From Perna viridis (lineage: Eukaryota): DNA of 64,000 bases. A program made the position numbers and the translations under genes. The notes under the pieces are model-generated. The model was not told the origin of the DNA, ran no database searches, and saw only the letters and a program-made list of their open reading frames with translations. The stretch lies in NCBI GenBank assembly GCA_037379345.1, contig CM074516.1, forward strand, positions 34,881,626 to 34,945,625, in the 5' to 3' direction. This document shows, piece by piece, positions 1 through 12,300 of the stretch. How positions within the stretch are numbered: the stretch's first letter is position 1; every line of letters begins with the position of its first letter.

Positions 1-156
1 TAGTTCTATGCAGGATACCCCAAGGAACATTCATAACAAGTTTCAAAAAATTGACTACAGATGATGAAGAACACCAAGAGCTGGCAATAAAAAAAATGGT
101 CACATCATAAATGTGATATAACATCATATAACAACCATAGTTTCAAAATTATTCAC

Positions 157-363
157 CATTAATCCAAACCGGTCTTTGTGAACCACATCTCCCTGTACCA
201 GTTGGAGAAGTAGCAAGACTGTAGTTTCCCTCAAATCTGTACCACCCCTTGCTATAACTGGTGGACTCACAGCTATGTGAAGTTATTGAGTAACTGTAGT
301 CAGAATGACGAGATTTGTCATACTCTATAGAAGTGTAATTACTACAGGGGTCTGCCTGGGCTT
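157..363 (-). CDS. Exon E70, D8C N-half (D35, partial domain)
   Basis: 207 nt, AG/GT; EAQADPCSNY...RPVWING. Confidence 0.9.
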
Positions 364-3300
364 CTGCAATTGAAAACAATTATTCATTAATATGAAACAT
401 TATCACTTTAATCTCTGTAAAATTACTACTAAGCCCTATTTGTTAAATACTAGTAAGTCTTAAAGTTGACATAATGCACCCTAGACAAAAGGTTTGAATT
501 CATCAAGCTAAACACACCCTCACTACTTTTCAGCTTACATGAAAAATTCAAAGTTACATGTACAATAAGTAGACATGCTTGGAACAGAAAGCTGCCAGAG
601 TAGAAGTTGAAAGGAATAACAGACAGATGAACAAGATTATTACAGTATTGCCCATTTGAAGAGTTTGGTAATAAACCATGCATGGTAAATAAATGTATGT
701 AATAGGATATAACAGGAACATCAAGAGAAAAGAGTTTTACAAACTAGACTTGATTGTAACCATGACAACTTACCTGTACAGTATCGACCACAACCACTAA
801 AATATGGTGTCAGATAGAAGGAGTTGTAACCATGGCAATGCATAACATAAACATCCCAGGATTGTCCACAGTTAGAATCATTCCCCACCTTACAGGCTTT
901 CATTACGGATGTCTCTCCATACTCTGTTGGGAAGGTACCTACAGACAAACAAAGCTTGTTGTCAAATACTTTATGCAAACTCATAAAAATACCAGTTTTA
1001 GCTTTTGACTGTGCACATGCAAAGGGAAAATGTAAGGTTAACTCCCTTTGCCACTATCTGAATGAAGTATTTTATTTTGACATATTAATGTAGTTCAATT
1101 ATCACACAAGTTCACCGCCAAATGTGCCACATATCATAATCATATGGTGCTTGATTCATGATAATCATATGATAATTTTGGCCTGAAAATATTGATAATC
1201 ATGTGATAATCATATGTAAACTGAAATTTTGTAAGGTAATGATGATTATATATCAGTTATATATCAATTCCCTATATGGCTGTTCAAAAGCTGAATGTAC
1301 ACCATTATAAAAAGTGAGTACAGTCCTTGAACCGATCCATGCAACGATTAGATGGATTGATGATCGTTGACTGATAGATTGCTGACGGAACCATGACCGA
1401 TGACCGGTGACCGATCTGATCGCAGTTTTGTTATGTAAAATGATGTCAGATCTGTTTGAAATAAAAGAAATGTAAAATAAAAGTATGATTTGATGTTTAA
1501 ATCTATTACATTATGTAAATATGTGTAAAATTGACAAAGAAGACAATAAAATCCGTAAAATACAGTAACCGCTTTGTGGTCATGTGATGCGACCACTGGT
1601 TTAATTGATCGGTTTGACGGATCGATGACTGACTGGAAACTGATTGGTGACTGATGACCGATCGCAATTTTTTGTTGCATGGATCGGTTCAGGTACTGTA
1701 ATAATCGAAGTTAAATTAATATAATTCATTGTTTAACTATGCTACTTTAAGAAATTATTATACTCAGCTGCCAAAAAAAAAATCAGAAATAAGCAATCCA
1801 AAGTGTTCAATACACTTAAAAATATGAGTTGTAACAGTACAATAGTGAATGAAAAAATCAGGTATTCTGTTTAAGAACAGATGATGGCAATTAATGAATT
1901 TAACAGTGTTTGTCATAATAGATATGATCAAGGTTCAGACTTTATTTTACATATTCAACTTGCTTTATTGAATATTGTAATCTTACATATATCCAATATT
2001 TTATTATCAATGGGAAGAAATTGTATTGTATGAAACATGTTATCAAACATCCTACCTTCAGCCCATATAGGATACCATGTCCCACACTGTCCTTGGTCTG
2101 GGGTTGAGGTCAGGAGATTTTCTTGGCTGCCAAATCTGTACCATTCTGTCATGTGAATACCATCCATGTTGTAACTATAGTAACCATCACATTTGCCATT
2201 ATCCCCTGGCTGTAACCTGTTATTGACCAATCGGTTGATGTTACTATTTAAAGATGAGTACGACCAACATGGTCTGGTCCAGGATCTTTCCCAGGTTGTA
2301 TTTAAAGCCTCTGTAAACAATAAATGATTAAAATTCTTAACTTTGAAAATTTATCAATAATTATTTGATATTTCCTATTGCTGACATTGTTTCCACCAAT
2401 ACAATGTACTATCCCTGTAACTTACAGATGGTTAATCTGTGGTCAATTGTGAAAGGTCAATATAGAAACTGGTATTAGTTTACCAGAAAAAACAATGGGA
2501 TAAGAAAAAGCAGCAACAGTATAGGTAAAAACCATACGTACTTTCTGTTAATCCCTTCAGAACGGACTTTTATTTCTTTTTCACTTGACACTCACACAAT
2601 ATCATACATTAAGGTTGTCAAAGGATAATTGTTACAATATTTCTGGAAGTGTACAATGAACTGATAAGGATAATATCAGATAAAAGACAAATAGGAAAAC
2701 AATCTCTGGTAAAAAAAACCCAAAAGATGCCATAAATCTGAATTAGTTTGGCTTAAAAGGAATCACTTACCTAGACAATATCTGCCGCACATTCCTTGTG
2801 GTTTAAGGTGCAGGATATTAAAGGAGTCACATTTCTTTACAGGAACAGTCCAGCTGTAAGAACAGGGGTTTGTGTTCCCACCTTGACAAGCTTTCATGTA
2901 GGTAATTTCTTGGTCCATCTCAGGTTGTTGTCCTATAATAGAGTGAGGAGAAAAGTAATTATATAAAATGCTCTGCGGGCTGCAGGTGGATACAACCACA
3001 GAGGTTGACCCCAAAAAGTTGATACTGTATTGACACAACATTTAAACTTGATATGGCTTCTAATTTGGATTATATTTAAATCTTTCACATGACTATGTCC
3101 AGATGGAAAGTGGTCAAAGAGCTGTGAAAATTTGCAATAAGACATAAGAAATAAGCAATTTATAAACAGTTGAAGAGATTGCCTACTTCTTACCACTCTT
3201 AAGCCCTTGATACCTAAAAGGTAAGATACATAACCCTTTAAATCCATAAAAAATACCTTTAGTGGTATAGAACTTAGTAGTATAATATCATGGAGATTAA

Positions 3301-6300
3301 AACATTTTTGTTCTAAGTATTGCTTGGAAACCAGACAAATGTTTGTTTTAGGTCCCTTTTGGTAGTAATAGAAGTCCAAGTAACTTAAACTTGAAGTATC
3401 ACATTTGTACCTGAATCCTTTTAAACAATGTATCTAAATTCACTAATTACAAACCTTTCATCCAGATTGGTTCAGAAGTACCACATTGTCCATTTCCTAC
3501 AGGTGTCATGGCTGGTTGGTAATCTCCCTCAAATCTGTACCATCCATCAGAGTAGGAATACGATTCACAGCCATACCCACCCATGTAGTTATAAAAGTCC
3601 ATGTGTCGGGTGTGATCATATTCTATCAGGGTATAATTATCACATGGATCCTGGGCTAGTTCTAAAAATGTATTAAAACATAATTTTAATCAACAAATGG
3701 ATGCAATGGGAATGCTGATGATGTCTTTATATTATAGGATCAACATGACATGGTGGCAAATTTCAATATTCAGAGTATTTACAGGCTACTGATAACTGTA
3801 TTCTTTCAAAAATTATTGTTTTGAATATACAATGTTGAAAATGAATGGAATAAAGAAGATAATACCTTTTTAAGTCTCTAAACGGCTCTATCTATTGTCC
3901 AAGTGATAGATTTTGTTTATGATATGTACATGGAATTTATACTGCTGTAAAAACTGTCACTGCTGAGGTCATAAAAGTTGAATAACCAATCATAATGCAC
4001 GAAAAAGTCATATGCTAATTAGATTGGAATTATTATAGTTTAACAAGGTTGATAGTCATATAACCTGCACTGCTGGTTAAATTTTACATAATAGAATGCT
4101 ATAGTTCTGTAACTCATTAAATTTGTGGTGATATGAAGTACGAATGGTATCAAACTAATCTAGAATAATTCAACAAAATCTGACAGCAACAACGTTAAAA
4201 CTGATATTAAATTTAAATTTCATAAGGATTTGAAAATACCCACCAGTGCAGTATTTGCCACAGGGTTCATAATAACTAGGAAATCTGAGTTGAGCTACAT
4301 TATAGTCCCCACAGTTCATTACAGGAACTGACCAGGTTTCATTACAGTTAGTATCATTTCCTACCATACAGGCTGTCAAGTTATACGTCTCTGCATACTC
4401 TGATGGGTACTGACCTGGAATAAACAAATATGTATACAAATTAAATTCAGTATATGTAGATATAACTACTTGTATGTCAAGACAGTTAAGTACACCTGTA
4501 TCACTGATACATTTGTAGCTTATAGTTGTGAAAGGCTGAATGCAACTGTCACAACCTGATACATGGAGATGTTTCTACACTTAACTGAAAAAAAAAAATT
4601 ACCTAAATTTATATTTTCATTGTTATAAATTATAAGTATCAGGAAAGAGCCTGAACATGATCTTCTAATAAAACTTCAGAACCTTCATTCTTAATTAATC
4701 TAAAGGAGATTTACATCACATACCAGTCACATAACACCAGATTTGAAGCTCATTCTATACAGAAACAGAAACACCTTAGTGGAAGTCTATTGAGATATTG
4801 AACAAATTAAACCAATCAAATGTCCCTGTACAATAAAGGCCATGAAACTGCATGAAAGAAAGTAAGTTGCTTCCCTTTGTTGGAACTTCACTATATCTGT
4901 GATTCTACTTCATCAGCTAATGTAATTTTTATTTGTTGGGAATGCTGGAAAGAAGGTATCTTCAAAAGTGCCTTAAGAATGTAGCTATTACTAAATCAAA
5001 CATCAAAACATCAAATTAAAAAAATATACTCACCATCCAGCCATATTGGTCTCCATGATCCACACTGTCTAGGTTCTGGTGGTGATGTTAGAATGTCACC
5101 ATCGCTAAATCTAAACCAGTTATCACTATACATGCTGCTATAAAGATAGTTCATGTTCCATTGTCTGTCACATTGTTCCATGTCACCATTCTGTAGGGTA
5201 TAGTTTACACTTCGTTCAAATCCACCCTTCAGAATATGGTGATGATGACATGGTACATCCCATGGGATATTTCCTTCCTCTGAAAAAAGATGAGATAATG
5301 ATTACTATACCATAGAATGGTGAACAAGAATTTGCGCTTACAAGGTTTTAGCTTGTAAAACCTGTAAGTTTGATTATCTCTCTATGCAGGCATCAGAAGT
5401 AACTTGACTCCTTTCAAGCAAATTTATATATGAGACAAAAACATCAATAAAATTTCTTCAAAATCCTTTGAGTGGTTCAGGAGGAGTTACACTTACAAGA
5501 TATGTGGACAGACAACTGGATGGACATGACAGACAGGCAGCCAGGAAATTCCGAAATAACCCCCCTCCCCCTCCTCCAAAAAAACCCCAAAACAAAACAA
5601 ACAAAATATTGTTTGCAGGGCTATTAAAAATACCAATTGAGAAGCCTTTTTTTAACAAAAGGATGACAATATGACTCTTAAGAGATTGTAAGAAATAATA
5701 ATCAGTAACCTTTTTACAGATAATTAGGACTCTAACCAAAGAAAATAAAATCTCTATATTTACCTAGACAGTACCGCCCACAGCTGCCTGATGACTGTAG
5801 ATGGTAAATATGATAGTCTCCACATTTCATTGTTGGTATATCCCAGGTATTGTAGCAATCCATATAAGAATACATGTCACTAGCTTCACAGGCCTTTACA
5901 TACTTTACTTCTCCATCTACTGTGGGGAGGGTGTCTGGAACAAAAAGAGGGACAATTATACACAGGTATAGTAGCAATACATATCAAAATAGAGTCAGAT
6001 TCACTGGATTACATATACTTACATACTGTAACTATACAGTGGGGGGATTATGAATGTTTATCTTCCTATCTGACCTAGCCTAAACATCGTCTGAATGTTA
6101 TTACCTCTTTTCTTTGCAGACAAAAATCACTGTATGTATGAAGGATGAACAACTAAATCTATAGAAATATCTGATATTCAGAAACAAATGATGGATGACC
6201 CACTGAAAAGTGTCACACATAGTTCCATCCGTCGTGCTGAAGCTACATACCAAACTTTAAGTTTTTTCTATAAAGATTGTCTATGTTTTGTGGCTGTACA

Positions 6301-9300
6301 AAGGTTACAGTATTGTCTAATACTAATTAATGACAGTAAACTAAATACCCCAGTAGCATTAAATCAGAGGAAAACATTGAACAACTTCATACCATTGATC
6401 CAAACAGGACTCTGTGAACCACATCTCCCTGAAGCTGTTGGTGAGGTAGCAAGACTGTAGTTTCCCTCAAATCTGTACCATCTTGAACTGAAGCTCATTG
6501 ATTCACAGCTATGTGAAGTTATTGAGTAACTGTAGTCAGAGTGACGAGATTTGTCATATTCTATAGATGTGTAATTATTACAGGGGTCTGCCTGGGCTTC
6601 TGCAATTAAAAACAATTATTCGTTAATAAAATATATTATCACTTCAATGTTTACTGTAAACTGCTCATAACCATCATTGCTGAATACCTGTTAGTCTTAA
6701 AGTTGTCATGTTAAGCATACTTCTACTCCAATTCAGTTAAGTATACTCTTACTCCTTATCAGCTAACTTGAAACTGTTTAAGTCATATGATAAACATCTT
6801 AAATAAAGAGCAAGTAAGAGATGTGCTGGGAACCCTTAAAGTGGAGATACAGCACATGTCATACAACACTACTCTGTAGAATGTGAGAAAGAATGACAGG
6901 ACCGACAAGATTATCAAAGTATAGCCCAATTCATATAACATTGCAGGGTTAATAAATGAAGGAAATTATAGAAAGCTGAATAATCAATAAAAAAATAAAT
7001 ACTAATTTTAACCATATCATTTTTACTTGCCTGTGCAGTATCGACCACAACCACTAAAATATGGTGTCAGATAGAAGGAGTTGTAACCATGGCAATGCAT
7101 AACATAAACATCCCAGGATTGTTCACAGTTAGAATCATTTCCCACCTTACAGGCTTTCATTACAGCTGTCTCTCCATACTCAGTGGGATAGGTACCTACA
7201 GAGACACAAAATAGTCAGAATCATTTCCCACCTTACAAGCTTTCATCAAAGCTGTCTCTCCATACTCATTGGGAAAGGTACCGTCAGAGAAACAAATTAA
7301 GTTTGAGTCAATCCCCACATTGTAGGCTGTCATCATAATTTGTTTTACCAATAAGCATAATAAGATGATAAAGCTCATATCATAAGGGAAAATTTCATCA
7401 AAATTTAAGGACTCATTAATAATAACTGCCTAACAATTTCAATTTCTATATAAATACATGTACAAGAGCTAAAATTCAATAATAACCCAGAAAATTCTTG
7501 CAAAAGGAAAACTTCTTATTCCATACTCAATTCACGTGAAGGAGAATTACAGATTAATTTAATAATTTCATTCCTCAATAATGCAAAAAAAAAATGTCTG
7601 TTTAGGGTTACATTCCTCCCAAAAATAGGGTAGGTCGGTCGGCATTTGCATTTTATTATTTTTTTTCATTTTATTTTTTCTCGACTAAAATTGAGCCTAT
7701 ATTTGTAAAATAGCATCATGTTTAAGTCATGAAAGTGTATGGTTTTAAGTAGAAAGTTTAATTTTTAACATACACACCTATTAATCATGTCTTTTATTAC
7801 AATACACTTATTTTTTGTAGAAATTTTGAACAAAATACAAGTACACTGTATTTACGCTTGGATTTACGTGATATAAATAAGTCTCCTATTCAAACGCTAT
7901 AGTGACCTGGTTTTTAACGTACTTTCGGTTTTACTGGAAATGATCCGTATTATATTTTGGAGAAAAAATGTATTAGGGTCTGGAGAAAAAATTAGGGTTG
8001 GTCCGGAAACCCGAAACAGACATATTTTTTTGCCCTAAGTATATAACTTACCATCGACCCATATGGGTGACCTTGACCCACACTGCAGTTGAGATGGTGA
8101 CCAAGTCAGCAAGTTTTCACTGGTACCAAATCTATACCATTGTTCCATATCAATATCATTCATGCCCATATAGTAACCATGGTAACTGTCACAGTATTCC
8201 TGTTCTCCAGGTTGGAGAGTATAGTTTACCAGTCTATTAATACTACTGGAGATGTAGTTGTAGGAATGACAGGGAGTTGTCCAACTTCTCTCCCAGGTTG
8301 TGTTCTGTGCTTCTGTAAAAAATGATAAGATTTACAGATGACAACAGTAAAGGCTAATTGAAACATTCATGTAGATATATCATCTCCACCTTTCTTGAGC
8401 ATTTGTTTTCACTACAAAGCAGCATTTCTACAAAATCACTTGAAGATAGTAAGGGCTGTTAAAAGTCTTTGAGTATTTTAGAAATTTTGTTACTGGATAA
8501 TTTAAACAGCTCTCTAGGTAGAAATCTGCCCTATATTATACCAAAGTGTCCTACTTATTTACCACTGAAAACCTTGTGATCTTTTGGACACTGTCTTTTA
8601 TATGTGAATAGCTGTCAATTATGTTGACCATAACCTCTCTATTGTATCATCCACAAGTATGATTGGGTAGCTTGTCCTCTACATTTAAATGATTTACTTG
8701 TTACTGATTGGATAACATTGTTTTTTCAAATTTAAATATTCATACTAATGGGTAAACAAAGGCTATTTTAAGATTTTAATTGAATGTTAGTTAAAAGTTC
8801 TTTTAAAAAAAATTATATGCACATTCATACTTGACATTCTAAAAATGTGTAAATTTTAAGTAATGCTGTGTGTAATAAATGTCTGAGATGGTCCCTAGGT
8901 GTTCACTAATCATTCAATTAATACAACTCACTGAGGCAACTCAAATCATTGCTAAACCATTTTGAGGCATCTCAAATATATTTTCACAGGAAACCAAAGA
9001 CAATAGAAAAAAATGAGATAAATTTCAAAGGATTTCTTTAGAAAATTTAAATGCATAATGGTTTTATATTTAGAAAGACATGTGCATTTTCCCCACTTAA
9101 AGGAAATTGCAAGTTGAAGACATGGCCATTTTGCAAAAGTGTGACAATGAGTAACTTATAGCTCTATTTTAAATTTAAAATTAAATTTAACAATGTATGT
9201 GCATCTAATTCTTTTTAATTGAAGTTTTCAGACTGTTTTGTTTAAGAATATTTCGATGAAATGAACAATACTATCCAATCAGAAATAAGTAAAACACTTA

Positions 9301-12300
9301 AATGTACAGTACAAGCTACCCAAACAAACTGGTGGTTGGTATAATATAGAGGTTAAAGTCATAATAATTGACAATTATAGACCGGTTTGTAGTAAGTTGG
9401 TTAGCATGCCCAATATATACTTCCACGAGGTAGAACTTGGGTAGAACAAAAGAATTTTCCTCGCGGAAGTGTATATAGAGCATGCTCTATGTATGCTCAT
9501 TGACTACCCCAACGTTAGCACAAAAGGGTCTATTCAAACTTCAACTACATTGTCCTTAAAATCACACAGGTGTTCTGTGGTATATAAGTATGAAACATTG
9601 GTATAATGCAGGGCAGATTTATACCTAAAGAGCTATTTAAATTATTCAATAACCTACATAGATTTGTATTGAAATTGGTACTGGTCTATTTCAACAAGCT
9701 GCAAACATACCTTAATTATATCTGCCAAACAATACCATGTGATTTTAGATACATGTAGATGTCAAACATACCTGTACAATATCTGCCACACATTCCATTA
9801 TTATTTATGTACATAATGTTATAGGATCCACATTTCTTGACAGGAACAGTCCAGCTGGAGGAACATGGTGATCCAGAATCAGATCCCTTACAGGCCTTCA
9901 CATATGATATTTCTCCATCAGTTACTGGTAATGATCCTGGAAGGACATATTAGTATTTAAACCACCCTGTGTCAACTCCTATATTCAGTTTAAAGACTGG
10001 CAGCATCTGATTGACTAAAATTTGTGAGAACCAGAAACAAACTTCATTATGATATATAATATCTCAAAGTAGAAACACTTCAAGCAAAAAAGACCCATAT
10101 TGAACATTCATTCTTTTGCAAACTTTCCATTCAACATCAACTGTATTTGAGAATCAATATACAAAACAAGCAATTCAAATGGCTTCACTAGACCACAAAG
10201 TTCATAACTTTTATTGGTCTTTAGAATAAATGTATCTAACCTTTCATCCAGATGGGATCACTAGACCCACACTGTCCATACCCCACTGGACTCATTGCTG
10301 GTCCATAGTCTCCATCAAACCTGTACCATCCTTTGGAGTAGTAATCACAATTAGAACCTCCCCAGTAGTTATAATAGTCCATGTGTCTGGTGGAGTCATA
10401 CTCTATCATGGTGTAGTTATTACATGGGTCCTCTTGTGGTTCTGTATGATGTAAAGTTAAGCAATCAGCAGTATACAATACTTGGATGAAGTATCTTTAG
10501 AAATAATAAATATAGAACAACAGCAATGTAAAACATAAAGCAATCCAAGTCATGTAACATGCCTGCATGACCTTGACCTTTGGACTACAACCTTAAAATT
10601 CAATAAGGTATTAGACTTTTATATTAAGTTAATTCAAAATTCATTCATGGATGTTGATGCTACCCTGTTTAAATGGTGTTAAGGTCAGTTGGAAAACTGT
10701 ACTACATCTCTGTGCTACATCATTAAGAAAAAATCAAGATACTATGACTAGAGGATGGTAAGGGTTATTTTTAGCAACATGTCTGGTCTTTTTATTCTCT
10801 GTTTGATTTTCAATTATCAATTCTTTATATATTTTGTGTTTACATGAAATTAAGTGACTCTGCATTTTTCTTAAAAGAAAAAGCTAATTCTTAAAATTTT
10901 ATTTTTCTCACTGATATATTGACATTGTTTCTTGCACTTCATAGATTTTTATTTTTCATGATATTTTTTGTAGATGTTTATTTCACATGATTCCATTTTA
11001 CAACCCATTTAAGGAATGCTTCTAATTTTTTAACAGGTTATATGAAAAAAAACTGTTACTTTGCAGTATATAAAAAGTGTAAACTGGCCCAAACCAGGTA
11101 ATTTCTTACAACCCATTAGCTTCACCATTAATAAAAAGTATACACTGGCCCAAATTAGGTTATATTTGTATAACCAGCTAAACAACTAAAAACATTCCAT
11201 ATTAAACTAATTTTTAATGGTTGATAGTCCAAATATTGAAAACTGTCCCATAATTTTGACATTATTTTGTTAAGGATTATTTGAATCATGGAGTGCGTCA
11301 AATTGACATTAATAACTTTTAAGTACCAAGCCAGTTTATACAAAATAACCTGGTTTGCTGAAAGAGAAGCCAGCAATCAGAAGGCACTTATCAAATTAAT
11401 TTTTAAACAAATACCTTATATTACCACTTAAAATTCCCTGGATTATACAGAATTCTTACCTGTACAATATTTGCCACAGCCTTGGAAGTATGGTGTCAGA
11501 TGAGCCACATTAAATCCATCACAATGCATGACATAGGTATCCCATTTATGTTCACAGTCGGAATCATTGCCAACCTTGCACACCCTCATGTGTGACATCT
11601 CAGCATATTCTGTGGGATAGGTACCTAGAAGGGAAATTTAACAGAATAATTGCTCATCTCACAAATCCTCATGTTGGACAGTTTAGCATACTCAGGGTAG
11701 GTACAAAATAAAATATTGTAATATGCATGAGGTCGCCTTGTTATTGTTAACGTGATAATATAATCTTAAATTTGGGAATAATTCAGGTTCATTCAAATAT
11801 GCCCCAAGCACAAGTCCAAAAAACACTATTTGTGATGTATATTTTTGGGGTTCTGCGTTAAGAAGAGTCATATTGCATGTGAAAAAACATTACCTATGAA
11901 GAGTACTGACAAGTTTGATTTATTATCCAAATGTCAAATATTGATTATAGTATATTTTTAACCAAGTAGCATGACACCGTTTTCAATGTTTATGAATGAT
12001 GTCATTTCAGGTTTTGACAATGGCATATCATAAGTTTTAAGGTTTAAGATATATGTTCACCTTGATATTGTTTAATGCAAATACTGACTTCTAGAATGAC
12101 AGCAGTTTTGATATTTATTCCGATATTTCAAACCTAAAAATGTTTGGGCCCATGGACTATTTGTAGTGATGTATCTCACCACTTCACATAGCAACAGCGT
12201 TAATGGAAACCCTAGCTGGTTAATTTAAACTTTATAGCACAAGAACAAGATCATGGAAGAGAAGCACAGGGATCGTTAAACAATTAGGCAATAACATCAG

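Larger units (their letters stand above)
4230..8319. repeat. ~4.07-kb near-identical direct repeat of 25026-29119 (6 exons plus 5 introns)
   Basis: Colinear at offset ~20,800; roughly 30 differences seen by eye; identity stops within a few nt of exon edges. Confidence 0.95.

Noticed and set aside
3428-3676. Recurrent plus-strand ORFs (e.g. YHIVHFLQVSWLVGNLPQ at 3428, 24455, 47741; MYLTFHPDG at 10230, 30701)
   Set aside because: Antisense shadows of the conserved minus-strand exons
5458-5739. ORFs with poly-Pro or poly-Gly (also 26257-26479)
   Set aside because: Intronic C-rich low-complexity tract; duplicated only because it lies in the 4-kb block, and the frames differ between copies
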